A DNA stretch of 64,000 nt from Pavona decussata. Its lineage: Eukaryota. Made by a program: the position numbers and the translations under genes. The DNA is taken from positions 1,860,001 to 1,924,000 of the forward strand of contig CDRNST010000218.1 in the NCBI GenBank assembly GCA_977016875.1, written 5' to 3'. Under the pieces are notes generated by a model. The model made no database searches. It worked only from the letters and a program-made list of their open reading frames with translations, and was not told the DNA's origin. Of the stretch, positions 25,001 to 40,000 are shown piece after piece (the first letter of the stretch is position 1; each line of letters opens with the position of its first letter).

Positions 25001-28000
25001 TCTATTGAATCAGACTGCTTGGAATGTTCATTCCATAAGGTGGCTCAGCTGGACTGAGAAGGGAGATCCTTGGATTCAGACACCGTCCGTTCACTGTTAA
25101 GATGACAACAAAAGTTAAACCCCATAATAGAACCAAGGAAAAGTGAGTATAGGGTTAATTTGTTTAACATCTTAAGACAAAAGATAGATCTTGTGTGCAA
25201 AGGCAGGTAAATAATAGCTTTTGCCAAAGGAACTGAAGTGAATTCAAACAAAACTGGGGATATCTCTTTAAAAGTTGGCAACTGCTGCTGTGGTTGATAG
25301 TGATAGCAGTGAGGAACATGTATACATCATATATTTCAAGCAAAGAATAGTGTACAATGGATATGTGTCAAACATCATGTCGTAGACCAGAGTGAACTGT
25401 TCATTTTTGAGAGACATGGGCACTTTACAGGCAGACTAGAGATCATTTAATCTGTTATTATCTGCTGAAGTCCCTGTCATGGGTTGAAACAGACCAGCTA
25501 GGGTTTGGTATCAGTTCATTTATACCACCCCATCTCATGCTTGGCCTGACCCAGCCAAAACAACAATACAATTTGTATTATTTTAATATTTCTCCTGCAC
25601 ATTTGTAGATCTGGTCAGTTTGATATCAACTCAGTGTACAGCACCAAACTGATCCATTGCTGTTCAGTCACAAATCCTTTCTCATTCTTCTGATATAGAG
25701 CCAATATTAAAATATATAAATATAAACGGCTGCTTTGAAATCACCAAGATGATCACAAAGATGGCAGCCATTACTACCAACCAGCAGCAGAATACTCATT
25801 TCATAAATGCCCTAACTGCGAGTTTTTACAGTTCTAATGCCAGTGGTAATTTCAACTCAACCTCACCTGCCCTTGCATTTGTTACAAGTTAAGAAATGAT
25901 GTCAATCTAATGAAAGTCATACTATGAAGTACATAACAGAGTGTTATTAAGATTGGCTGCAAAACTCGTTTCACCAGTGAAAATGAGTTGTTCCATTACA
26001 TGTATTTCCCAATTTCCATGATACTGTATTAATTACAGAAGAATGCACTGTGTATAAAAGCAAATACATACTGCTCAAGGAATTTAAGAACCAACTCTTT
26101 AATTGGAGGATCTCCCAGGAAACTGTCCTGCAAATAAAAAAATTTGGGTCAGTTTGACAATCATTAGTTGTTGTCATCACCAAATGGGTAAACCTGACTT
26201 GTTAGAGCTTTTACTTTCTTGAACACAATCAACATAAAAAAGTCAATTCTTAGCTACACCCAGTCAGGACATAAAGACAAGCACCAGCTGAAAATTATCA
26301 ACATACACTACCTATCAAAACTGTCGCTGAACCGTTGACAGACAGTTCACTGACAGTCAGCTAACACTAGGTTTGTGGGGGAGCTGTTGTGCAATTTACC
26401 AAGAATTCAGGGCCAGAAAGAGTACCATATGATACCCTAACTATATAATATGAGATTTTGTCAGTCTGAAGTTTGATCCACATACAAAATAAAACATATT
26501 TTAACTTGAATCAAAAAATGCAAACACCAAACATTGTTGTGTGGCATGAAATTTGTGACAGGTTTTACTTTAATTTCTGATTTTGTCAATTCAATTTTCT
26601 TGAATACAATCTGCAAACAGTAAACAATTTAAACAAACAAAAAGATTTTAATGGCAGTCAAATGTAATCCACTATAAAAACAACAACAACAACAACAACA
26701 ACAACAAAAAACACTTGAATTTCACCAACTGCAAACTTTGGGTGCATTAAGCTTTTAACACAAATTGTATCCAGATTAAAAGCATAAATTTAATAGTTTT
26801 TTTTATAAATTATTTTAGTTTTGGACTGCATGGAATCCAGTGGTTGTTGTGATGGTTGTTGATAATTTTGGAAGTAATTCTCCCAGAAACTGGCTGCAAT
26901 TTCTTCACATAAATTACAACATTTTACCTAAATGTCCATTAAAGCGAGAAATATTGGAATAATTTATAAATAAAATTAATGTAATTTACCCAGAGGATGC
27001 AATAATTATTAACGCAATGAGAAATGAAATTGCCTCCACCTGAGATACTGTACTTTATGACCTAAAACAAAACAGAAACAAAACACAACATTTTTCAATA
27101 CCTTTGATGAGGGCAGAGCTTGTTCTGAAGGGAGGTCAAACCCTATTGGTGGAGGGAGCTCATGGCCATCCTATGGAGAGAAAATTAACAACAAATTCTT
27201 GATTTTAATTTTTAAAACTCACTCAAAATTAACACTTCTGTTTGTATATATTCTCAAGGTCATGACTTTGTCTAGTCCATGATCAAGAGATGACAACAAG
27301 TGGTGACCTAGAGCAATATAATATAGTTACATCACAGGAAAGCATTAATAGGGGTATTGAATGGTCTTTGCGAGAATTTGCGAGCATGCGAGCAGTGTGT
27401 TTATTTTTGCGAGCACGAGCAGTTGTCAAATTGTTCTTGCGAGCAGCGAGCACTTTAGAAAAATACAGATGGCGAGCAGTGAGGACTTCGAGTACTTAGT
27501 AAATTTTCCGCTAGCTGGAATCTCTCTTTTATTATAGGATACGTTGTTTTGCGCCAAGTGATAGCTAATAATCTGGCTGACATCTCATAAAACAGCAAAA
27601 AAAGGTCCAAAGCTAGGGCGGTTCAACCAGTCCCAGCATCTTACAGCCAATTGGGCCCTTCTTTGATGCCGAATTACGTCACGTTGCCTCACGTGAGTCA
27701 GAATTTTTTTTTGCGAGCATGCGAGCAGTTGCAAAAAATTTGCGAGCACGAGCAAGCGAGCACCCGTGTAATTTTTGCGAACAATTCGAGCAAAGGCCAA
27801 ATTTTGCGAGCACTCATAAATTGAATGGGACCATTCGATACCCCTATTAATAGCTACACAAGGCTTTTAACACACAAACAATCCTTACCAAGGAGGCAAC
27901 TTTAGGAAACCTGCTTCTGATAGAGCTAAAAAAGGGAAATAAAACAAGAATAAAATGATAAATCATTGTGTCACTAGACAATACAATGGGTATCATACTA

Positions 28001-31000
28001 AAGCCTTGCAAATGCATGCATGGTAATGACAGAAACCAAATGTGTGACAACTGTTACATAAAGGATTTATGGTAATATGGAGTGAGGAGAAAATGCCTAG
28101 CAATTACCCTTTGTCAGTATTCCTAGTTACATTTGGAGGGACCCTACTAGGTTGACCTGTGAGAGCGGGAATTTGGTATAGAATCAAATGTTCATGGAGA
28201 GGAAAAGACTACAAGAGCACCTCAGAGACCATGCAAATGATCCAACTGTTACTAACATGACCCCTGCCCCCCCCCACCACCACTTTGAGCATTAGTCTGC
28301 TTGGTTCATCTTGAATGTGAAATTATTTGTGTTGTGTTGTGTTGTGTTGTAATTTCAGTCGGTGATAAGGTCTCTTTCTGATGGTGAAATTCATCACTGC
28401 TGGCTCTAAGTGGCATCCTTGCATAAATTACAATGACTGACCTATACAAAGCAGACACTGGTTTCTTAAGTCGTGTTAATTAAGTTCTCACATACTGAAT
28501 GCCATTTGTCTGCCACACAAGAATGAAACAGCATTTATTGACAACTCAACAACTCCACAAAGATTACAGACTCACTGACAGACTGGCATGGGGCAGGGAG
28601 GGTGGGAAAGCTGTTGCTTCGTATGGCAAGAAAAAAAAACTGAATCACATGATCGAATGTGACATTTGATATCCTGACTTGTACCCAGACCCCCATTCAG
28701 TGTTTTTAGTTCCTTACCCTGCACTGGGGAATAGGGCTGGAAAGGAGTTCTTGTCATTTCAATTTGTCATTCTAAACAGTTTTATAACTTATAGTTTGTT
28801 GTCTCTGTTATATCTGGGATTCCTTGACAATCCCTAAAAACCTTACAAATATACAATCTGTTGATATTTTTAGAAATCCTACACAAACATGCAAGATTAC
28901 AATAATTTATTTTGCTGTAATTCACAACATCTCTATTACGTTCTACTCTAATTTGCTTATTTATAACATAATTTGTACATAGAGCGGTTTCCAATTGAGT
29001 GTCAAAAACCAAAACCAAAGTAATTACTCTGGCCAATCGCAACAGATGTAAACAACACAACGAGCCAATCAGAATTTGAAGCAAATACATGAAACTGGTG
29101 TCAAGCACGGGAAAACGCGTGCGGCGAAAACACAATTGGTTTGGTTTGATTTCCCATTGGTTGAGAAAGTGGCGCGAGTTTTGTTAACCAATCACCGAAC
29201 GTAGTAATGCAAAACCAAAGCAAACACGAAATTACTTTCAACACTCAATTGAAAAACCACTCTTTGACTAATATGTAACCTACTTGATGTAAGTGTTTCC
29301 TTTGTTTTGAAACATGCTGCAGAGAGGATTACCATCAAGCTTCAGGGAGACAAGCTGAGTCAGTGTTTTAATCTTGTCCAGCTCTTCTAATGCTCTAAGC
29401 TAACAGAGATAAAAAAAAAAAACCCACAGTACTCATAAGTAATTTGAAAAAGTGTGTAAAATGAGTACTCAGCAACGAAGACCTTGGTACAATCCAGAAA
29501 GAACTCTAACAAGAAGAATCAAGAACTTGATAACCAAGCATTCAAAAGGGCCAGTGCTAAAACCTTGAAAATGAGGTGGTTCTTTATTGTGGACGTTGCT
29601 TTCTTTGTACATGATTTTTCTGCGTATTATTATGAAGCAGTTTTCAATATTGCCAATCATAACGCCAAAACAGCTGTGTGTTCTATTGTGTTGTCATTAT
29701 CGTCATAAGTACATAAATTGCGATCATTATTGATATCACCAACAATCATATTGCTGAGCACCTTTTACAAACGAACCACAGAATCAACTGGGACTGTGCC
29801 AACTGCATTACCTACAGTATGAATTACTATCAACAAGTCACTCTGGAAAGCTGGTTTAATAACTTAGAAGGAACACCACTCGACTGCTTCCAACAACTAC
29901 CTGCCTGTTACAAATAACCTCTGAATTAGATTAACTATACTGGAGGTTGTGGGTTTGATTCCCACTGTGGTCTAAGAATTTTTTCTTTGTCTCATGTGGT
30001 TTACCATTTCCTTTCTAGAGCTGACACTCAGTTGGAAGTTAATGTGTTCACCTCAGCTCTTTAACTTGCAATGCAGAGTTAATTCTCTGATTCACCATTT
30101 GTGTCATGAAGGTGTGTGGCAAGTTGTTGTTTTATATGCTACCTGTGAAAAACTTAAAGGCAGGAACATACATGTTGTGGTTTAAAATTTTTCAAACCAG
30201 TTTCATTCATTTGTGCAACATTCATTAGCATAATCCAAGACAAAGGGAAATCAAAATTACTCTGGTTTGAAAAATTTTAAACCACAAAAATTTTGAACCA
30301 TAACATTACACAACTAATGCTTAATTTCCATATAAGTACCAAACATTTGCCTACCTGGTTGTTACAAATTTTAAGGTGTTTTAGGTTTGATGCTTGTTTT
30401 CCAAGATCTTTGAAGCCATCCAAGCTTTTAAGTCTATTGTCACTTATATCAAGTGACTGGACCTAGCAAAAAGAAAAATGGGATAATATTGTGGCTTTCA
30501 AGACTCGTGCTACTGTGTGTCCAGCAATTAGTGCTCTGTGCTAAATACATTGACACTTTAATAAAAGTGATGTATTTATTTATTTACTGGAAATAAGAAA
30601 ATAAAACTACGGTATCCAAGTGCAGCACACTGTTTCAATTTCCTGTGCCATTAGTCATGAATATGTAAATTAATGATGATGAAGGGAATCTCACGATTTT
30701 ATATCTAATTGGATTTGCGAGAAAATACCTACAGAAAAAAGAAAATTGGTGCATTTGAGACTTTTTAGACTGAAGGAAGATGCTAGTCAATAACAAGACT
30801 TCAGTTAAGGCTCATCACAAAAAACAAGGTGAAGGAATAGCATCTCATCCAAAAGAAAGAAGTGGCTTTGCTTTGGAGGGAGGAAAAAAGTACTGTGTTA
30901 TAAACTTCTGCTCATGATCCCTGTATTCTTGCTATTTTTTTAACCTGAAATCCAATGGAAAATGTGACAAAAAAAATTGTCAAGATTTCTGGAGGTATGT

Positions 31001-34000
31001 TTTATCAAATCCAGTTAGGTATGCTTGTAATATTACAATCCTTTTAAGTGCAGAATATAATGCCATGAGTGAAGTTTGCATTTTGCATATGTTGCACACA
31101 ACATATGCAGTGACTAAGCATGTGTGAGTGGAAGAGAATATTTACATCCTTACCTATTGATTAAATGACTAGTACTGTATTTTACAAGTGACTGCACATG
31201 ACTCACAAACTTGCAGCCATACTGTCACACACTGTACCCAAACAAACTCCCACGCAGGTACACACTCGTGATTGAACAGAAGATATGTAAAATGAATGCT
31301 GCCTACCTCAGGACAGTTCTCACCAATCAGTCTCACAATCTCTGAAGCCAACCAATACCTTGATAGTACTCCTTGTATGTTATTTTCATTCAGCACTGAA
31401 GGACAAGCAATATACACAAAAGATTAGGCCACTACTTGGAAAAACAGCTACCCTTTAAGTTTTTTGGGTGAATCGTTCTTGTTGCTAAGTATTGTAAGTA
31501 TGCATACATACCTAGCTTTTCTTTTGTACCATAATATTTTTAATTAGCTGTCTGATTTTTTTCTTTGCAGAGTATCCCAAATTTTCATGTAAATTTCTTG
31601 CAATACAACAACCAAAACTAGCAAACAGTTTGGTAACAGTCATTATTTGCCAGTAGTAGAAGCTATACCTTCCTGTCCTCTTATTGAATTTAGGGTGTGG
31701 ACAATTGGCTTATTCTGGAAATTAATATTAATACTGTAAAAATACACAGAACAATAACCACAAATTACGTGACTTGACACACTAGAAACAATCATAATAA
31801 TAATAATAAATAATGTTTATTTCTTATATTGCGCAGTCTAACATGCAATAAAGATATGACCGAATGCGCATTACAAAATCTTAAAGTAATGAATGGCTAA
31901 TCTAAATAATAACAACAATAATAATTTACAATCTCCAGAAAAACAATAAAACTAAAATATGAGATAATAAGAGAACCAATAAAAAGCTAATTTAAAAAGA
32001 TGTGTCCTTAGCAAAACTTTAAAAGTATTCAATGATTGGCATTGTCTGATTTCCAAAGGGAGTTGGTTCCATACTTTGGGCGCGACATTTTCAAACGCCC
32101 TATCCCCTAGTGTCTTTTTTGTTCTGTAGGTATTATCAATTAGAAGTATGCCCCACTGTGATCTCAACTGGTACCGTGAGTTCTCATTGATTTTTATCAA
32201 GTCTAAAAGATACTGTGGTGCGACGCCATAGATACATTTGTGAACTAACATTGCTATCTTGAATTCTATTCTGTGGGTAACCGGAAGCCAGTGCAGGTCG
32301 ATCAGTGATTACATGTAACAGTTTGAACTGCATGTTTTAGAAAGAATTATCAGCTATTCTGCAGTTTAGACATGATTTCAAAAGTGATATCTCAACATTG
32401 TAAAATTAATCAGGACTTCTTGACATACCTTCATCATGAAAAAGATCAGAGAGATTAAGTGCCTTTGATGTCGCTTCATAACGTTTACTAAGACATTGCT
32501 GTTAAATAATGAAAATAAGACCATTTTAACAACATAAACACTCCCTGTACAAGAAATCATCAGTAATATGTTGCCCTCCTTCATTACAGAAACTTAACCC
32601 ACTCTTTAATTATTCTTATAAATACCAGTAAATATAATTCCTTTCTTAGAAAATATTGAATATTGAATCTTGTGTTGCAAGTGATACAATTTTATTTTAA
32701 TTTCTTTTAAATTGGTCTCTTTGTTGGTTTGTTTTCTTTATCAAATGAGACACACTCAGACAACATAAATTTGTTAAAATAACAGTGAATATGTTATCCT
32801 TCCAGAAAGATTTAAATTACTTACAAGTACACAATTATTATTTTGATAACAGTCAAATTAAAACAGTGTTGTTACAAAATAATGTAAGTAGATAATAGTA
32901 TTGAACACACATGGAGAACCTTTAGATAACCTTAGATATGCCATACCTTTAAAACCTCTCTAGTGTTATCATCTAGGGTAGAGCTGCTTCCACTGACACC
33001 AAAACGGTTCCCATCATCAGCTGCAGTAGACAATACGCTGGTGGGGTTATTGGGTGGGCCACTTGAGCGAACACTTACTATGAGCTAAGAGTGACAAGAA
33101 AACAACAAAACATCAACAATCTAATCACTTTTGTGGGAAAAAAGTGGGCATGGAACAAAAAAGTGCATGATGCAGATTGAAGGAAAATTAACCTAATTTT
33201 GATTTTTAAACTATTGTGCTGGCATTTTAATAGGTGAAAGCAAAATTTCTAACAAGAGACTGAACAATTTTATAACCACCACTAACAATATTATTCCTTA
33301 CATTTTAGGAAGATACCAAACTCACAAAGTGTGACATTCACATTTATTTTGCTATGAAAACAGTCCCAAATACTAGTGTAAAAAAATGACACTTGCCCTT
33401 TCCATCCAAATATCTTCCACAAATTAAGGATGGTGCCTACTAATAAAGGAGCAATTTTATGTGGTTAATGACTATGGGGGGAAAGCAGATCTTAGCAAAC
33501 ATTATTGAAATCCAAAAAGAAAAATTGGGGGTAACCACGCATTTTTTAGACATAATTAAGCAACAATTATTCTAAAAACAGTGAAATACAAAGCAATGTA
33601 TGGCGAGTGTTTTTTTTTCCCAAATTGAAGCTTTATTATCTCTGAAAAATGCATGGTTACCACAAATTTTCTTTTTTGGATACCAAGACCGCTTGCTAAG
33701 TTCTGCTTTCTCTGCATAGTTTTAAACCACGCAAAAATATCCCTGTATTAGTAGGCACCACCAATAGGAAACCAGAGTATCTCAAGATACACAGAATGTA
33801 TATGCAGTAACAAAAGTAGACACCGTCGTCCTTAAATTACTTTACATTTCAAGTATATCAGAGTCATGAAAACTTCTCTCAGCTTTTTACAATGTGAAGA
33901 AGTTTCCAGAGCCAAAATGTTGCAAAGGACAAGACTTTAACTCAAGCAAATTGAAATAAATTGGCACTTACTATAGCTACAAATTCAAGGTTTACTACAG

Positions 34001-37000
34001 ATGAAACTAATTCAATTTGTTCAGCTGGTTATAGCTCACTATAATACAAATTCAACCCTTGGCCTAAACTTTCTTACTCCTCTTTGTCCTTAAAGTTACA
34101 TAAGGCTTTTCTTAGTTGATGACAAAATTCCTTGAACTAACACTTCATATTAAATATTACCGGTATTTATTTTATGGCTGACTTGAGGATTTTGAAACAA
34201 TCTTAAAAGGGGCATGTAATGAAATGAATTATTCCTATGAAAACAGAATAAGATACTGACACAGAAGATATACACAGTCAGGTCAAACAGACATAGTCAA
34301 TTATTAAAAACTGGATCATTGTATAATGCAATTCCAGGGATTTGATTGGCTTAGCGGCCATGCTATATGAGCCATTATACCATGCCCGAGAAGCAGCGAC
34401 CATTAATTGTTTTCTGGTTGCTCTTGAAAAGGAAATCAGCAAGGCCTACCAACATTACTTGATTGTTTTTAATAAAACAAGTATTCCACTGGCGCTTGTT
34501 GGATATGAGATGATTATAGCCTACTCGGCGCTACGTGCCTCGTTGGCTATCTATCATCTAATATCCAACGTGCGCTCGTGGAATAATTGTTAAATATTCA
34601 CTAAATAAAAAATCTAATGTTTGTATTGATGCAAAACATGCACACTTCACCCAACAAATATGTACCTTTGAGCCATCCTTTACTGTTATTTTATGGCTAA
34701 CTTTCTTCAAAGCCTCTGCAACTTTACTCCCTTCAACAAAGAATGCTGCACTGTCTCCTTTGAAATAGTGAAACTACACAACAAAAGAAAAATATTCTTG
34801 CTATCACAAATGTTTGTACTGTTTAGCTGAAGGGCTCACTGGAAAAAGGGCACAAGTGATGATTTGGCCTTCGAAATCTAAATTTCTCAAAATGCTGATT
34901 TGGTATAACTTGACTGCTTATAAATCACGTCAGAAACCTTAGTTCCATATTAATGTTACATTGTGACTTAAAAAGATGTGAATTTGACTTGAATTAACTT
35001 ACATGACTGAATGACTTCAAGATAAAAACTCACTCAACTTGAGCAAAGCATCAATGATTGCTTTTTTTTTCTTTGTTTATTTAAGCGGGCCAAAAAAATC
35101 AATCAAGGATTGGGTCCTTCTCAATATTTGTTTCTTAAGGTTTTAGCAATATATATTTATATATAATTATTTTAACTTTTTTTAAAGAGGGAGGTGTCAT
35201 AACCTGGTACAGTTTTCTTATTTACAGCTCTCAAAATACAGTAAGAGGAATAAGTACAATACAACATGTATGCAAAATATTGAGGTCAATATGCTATAAA
35301 AAAACATTGGGATGATAATATAATTTGTAACAATTGAATTTGCAAAATTAAGGATAATGAATATTTGCAAAAACACAATATAAATATACCAGTTGGTGAA
35401 GAAAAAGCTAAATATGACTGTATAAAATTCCTAATGAAGGGGTGCTTGGCACTACAACAAACAGTTACTAACAACACATATAGAATAGTGGCAATTCGAA
35501 CACAAGATCCGATCTTTCAAATGCTAAACAGAGTAGAGATATGAACAAAACAGACTTCACAGTTTGGACTCAAGAGAGGAGAGGGTAGAGAAAAGTTTTG
35601 AAAAGTTTAGCAGCACTATAGGCCAGTGTGTGTTTCCCAGAGTTGCTACATGGGCATGGCACCTTCAAGTCATAAAGAGAGGTGTCAATGGGACGTCCTG
35701 AAAAGTGAAGCTCCATGTGAATTGGAAAGGAACTGAAATGGCCTGAGCTCCTTGACAGCTTAAAATTAGTTGGTAGAGTACTGTCAGTACTGGTAGTGTA
35801 GGGGTCAAAAATTTGTTCAAAGTTTCATAAAATTCTCCTTTGCAACTGTGTAAGTGGGTAACTTTGTTGACAGGGTCTTTCACTTCACTTGGACGAGATA
35901 ATTTAATCCATAGGTTGCATAAACATGATCATTTTATTTAGTCTGATGGTGCAACTCTGCCCTAATAAGCACTTCTAATTTGGAAGCAAAAACATAATAT
36001 TACTGTTATCTACTCACATCAATGACCTGAAATGCCTCTTCAGATGCATTCTGAAGTTTCCTTATTAACCACTCTCTGTCATGTTTCTTTCCCTGAAAAA
36101 TCTGAATACAAATAAAAAAATTGCATTTAAGCCTTCATTACAAAATAATTGTGCGCTTTCCTTGGGGTAGGACTTGGACTGATAAATTGAATAAAAATTG
36201 AATTTTCTTATTGAACAGTTGAAATGCTTTAATTTAAATTAAACTTTGCGCTAGTGAAAAGCCGAAAAACACCAGTAAGTATGTTTGCTCTGCAGCTCTC
36301 AAATAATCACAATGGGTTATTCCAGAAAAAATCCACACCTCCCCGACGGATGGGATTCTGGAAAGTCTCACAGGAGGGGGGGTCAAAGACTCTGGAATTC
36401 CAGGCAGGAGGGGGGGATGACCTTAAGAAAGTCTTCTGCACGAGTCATTTTGACCGATAGTTCACGCGATTCGAACGTTTAGTTCGGTGACACTTCAGCG
36501 CTCTCAGACCCTGAAAATAAAAGAAATATTTTGTTCACATATTTCTCACCTAAAATAAATGATAATCTAAGTTCCTTCGCAGGTCCTTTTATGGCAGAAA
36601 ACACGAACAACAAGATACTAAAGAACGAGTCGTCATTGTTGCAACGAAGAGTTTGACAGACCCAGCGCGCCACCGTTGTGTAATTTCACGTCCGCCATTG
36701 CACTCTTAGCGAGGATTCCACTGTGTCAGGCGGAAGAATTTTTTACTCGTGCAAGCAAGGATGCAGAGCTATTAGCTGAAAAAATAATTCCAAAGAATTT
36801 TGGTCCAAACATTCCCTCTTCGTTGAAAATACTCGAGAGGAACTTGTAGCCATCTGTACCTTGAAAAAACTTTTGGAAACGTAAGTTATTGTGAAAGCAA
36901 CAGAAGGAGAAAGTTCTTGGACGGGTTCCTGCAACATATACAGTGTTAACCTCTCTGAAGTCCCATCGTCCGTAGCACAGTAGAACAAGCAGCCAGTGCG

Positions 37001-40000
37001 TTTTCTGCGTGCCGTTTTAAGATTCCATGGGTGTTGTCCATTGGGCACAAAGGATGAACTCGTTTGCTTTTTCGCATTGTTGCTCCTTCCTTTTTTTAGT
37101 TCCACGCGATAGAGTTTTTAATATTACAAGAAGCTTTAGAAATTAAAAAAGAACATCTTCTAGACGTGATTGTGCGTATTTTATATTAAAAATAAATTAA
37201 ATTTAAGCCTAATGTTTTTTTTCTGGAAATCCAGGCGGGAGGGGGGGTCTTTTGTTTTGGAAATCCAGATAGGAGGGGGGGTCTTGTGCTTCAGGAAATC
37301 CAGGTGAGAGGGGGGGTTAAAAAACGACCCCATCCGTCGGGGGGGTGTGGATTTTTTCTGGAGTAACCAAATTTTTCACAAACTTTAGAACCAACTACAA
37401 CAAGTATTAAAAAAACTGTACATAGTTTAACTTCATAAGAATAAATAATTAATGAGTGATCAACACATGTTCTGGAAAATAATAACTTTCTGCAAAGAAA
37501 ATCTGACAGTCACCACAAACAGTTAACTTATTTGTCAACAAGTAATAACATTATTGTTAAATGAATAAGAAATTCACTTCAGTTTGTAATAATGGTATAT
37601 TTGATCATTTTTATTTTTGATAAAGTATACAAAGTTAATACTGTGAATGCTCATTCTTGACCTTGGAATCTTAAACAGTTGTATGAGTAACTCTTGTCTC
37701 AAGGTCTACTAACGTGAGAAACAATCGAAATCTTCAATGCTTCAACATCATTAGACCTTGAGACAAGACTTACTCACACAATTATACAAAGTTACACTAC
37801 CATGTCCAAAGCAGTTTTAAACAATTCAATATCAAAGGTAAAGAAAGCTCACCACAACTTTGTACCAATCCTGGTTATTGCTTGATCTGTTAGTAGAGGA
37901 CGACCATAATCTAGACTTGATATCACCTCTGTTGTTATTACCCTCTCTGTTACCACGGCGAGAAGGGGGTCTTCCTCCATATGGATTACTATAAAAATTA
38001 AATGACGACTGAATTAACTTGTGAAGTAGTTGGAGAGTAAAAGCAACAATTATTGATATTTTTCTTGAGACTTAGGAAATTTTGATAAAACACTATTAAT
38101 ACAACGTGAATTAATATATACAGAACATGAAAATTTTGAGCAAAATATAATTGATCAACTGAAGCAATATGATTTCTATACTCCACATGATGTTATGGGT
38201 AGAAATGGAACAATATTTACTACCTTGAATCTGACTGATCTGTGGACAAATGTTGGCAATTTTTAAAAAATCAACTTCTATACTGTACGTCTACTTCACA
38301 TGATATTACACTGTACATGAATAGGGCTGAAATTAATGCTTACAATCTTGAATCTGATCTGTGGCCACCTTCAGAATCCATATCAATATCGTCATCATCA
38401 TCATCATTAGCTAAGTGAGACCTGGGATGTGGAAAGCTGCCTCTTGGTCGGTAATGACCACCACCACCACGCCCTCTGCTTCCTCTACCTCTACCCCTGG
38501 AGTGGCCACGATAAGAAGACCTTCCTCTACTTGGCCTGTCTGATCCTGGAAAGAACAAATAACAGTTTAGAGTAATTTTGGAAAAATAATATGCTATTTA
38601 TCAATTATATGTGAATTGCCACTAAATCACAAATAAATTTGATTTGAAACAAGCAACCATTGCGTGAGTGCTCACAGGTATTATTAATAGTTCATGCAGA
38701 TGACTTCAATCAAATTGCAGTTCCAAATCACAGCTCAAACAAATCACATGAACCAGCAGGTGCATGGACCTCACATCCAACACAAGATGGGTATGATCAG
38801 AGCTATGCAAAACTGTGAGCAGTCTCTCTTTTGCTAAAAAATCCACAGCGCAAAACAAACATGATATTTGAAGGGCGAGTTTCATTACTCATGGCTTTGC
38901 CACTTGTGTGCTCAACTAGCACGTGCTTGCTCAGTTGTTTGCGTTCTTCCCATGGATTTTCTAGCAAAAAGAGAGACTGCTTGCAGTCTAGAGCTATGCA
39001 TATTTCACAGAAATATACTCTACACCTGCCTAATACATTTCACCAAGTCTCAGTACAACAACAACACTAAGTCATACTTGTCTATTCAGTCCTTACGACA
39101 AGTGTGATTAGAATCACATAATAAAGACCATTTTTCAATTTGATATGAATGAAATGTAGCAGGTTCTAGACTGGGGGAAGGGCGGGGGAAGGGCGGGGGA
39201 GGGGCAGATTCTGTCATAGTTCACTAAATTTGATGTTACCTTGGCAACCAAATTATTTTTGACAGGTTGGTTTTTCAGAAATTAGAAGATTCCTGTTTTT
39301 AATGTACAACAATTGGATCATATGTACAATAGGTTCCCTCGGTCAGCATGTCAACCAACAACGGTCATTTGAGTGCTGGTTGACTCTTGGTCAAGAGTCT
39401 AGACCGACACTTGACCAAGTCTCGACTGTGAGTCTACGACATTCGACTTCTCTATAATTAAATTTGATTAAAATTGACATTGTATGAATGAAAATACACA
39501 GTAAACACCATTTTTTTTCCTTATTTCTGGTCATTCCCTTGGGTCCAGTGCTATGTTGCCTCAACTTTGACCAAAGACAGTGGAAAATAAGGCTATGACT
39601 AACTACCTAAGCGGTCGTTTCCATATCTCAAACTGCCCTTGACCATTTACTAAAAATTATGTGAAGTAAAGCTTAGGTTAGCCTACAAAGTACTCCGGTT
39701 AGCCTACATAGCACTCTGGTTAGCCTAAATAGCTCTCAGCCTAGGTAGCTTGCGGTTAGCATTTATATTGGGGGTTAGAATATCTAGCCAAAAAATTGCA
39801 GAATCTGGCAGAAAGTCGTCTGTAGTCTAGTGGTTTAAGGTTCCCTCTTAGGTGTCCAACGGCATGGGTTCGACTCTTCTTGATACCTTCTTTCTCTAAC
39901 TTAAAAAAATTTATTAGCAAAGTGTGATTTACACTAGGTGTATGAAAATTTTGAGGAAGAAAGGGCAGTTTGAGACTTAACAGAGTTTGATTATAAGGTT

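Noticed and set aside
36743-37105. 120-aa ORF and other 60-130-aa track ORFs
   Set aside because: They lie inside MITEs or introns, or antisense to real exons, and show no recognisable domains.
39676-39737. Short direct repeats resembling a CRISPR array
   Set aside because: Eukaryotic intron, ~21-nt degenerate tandem units without unique spacers, and no cas genes.
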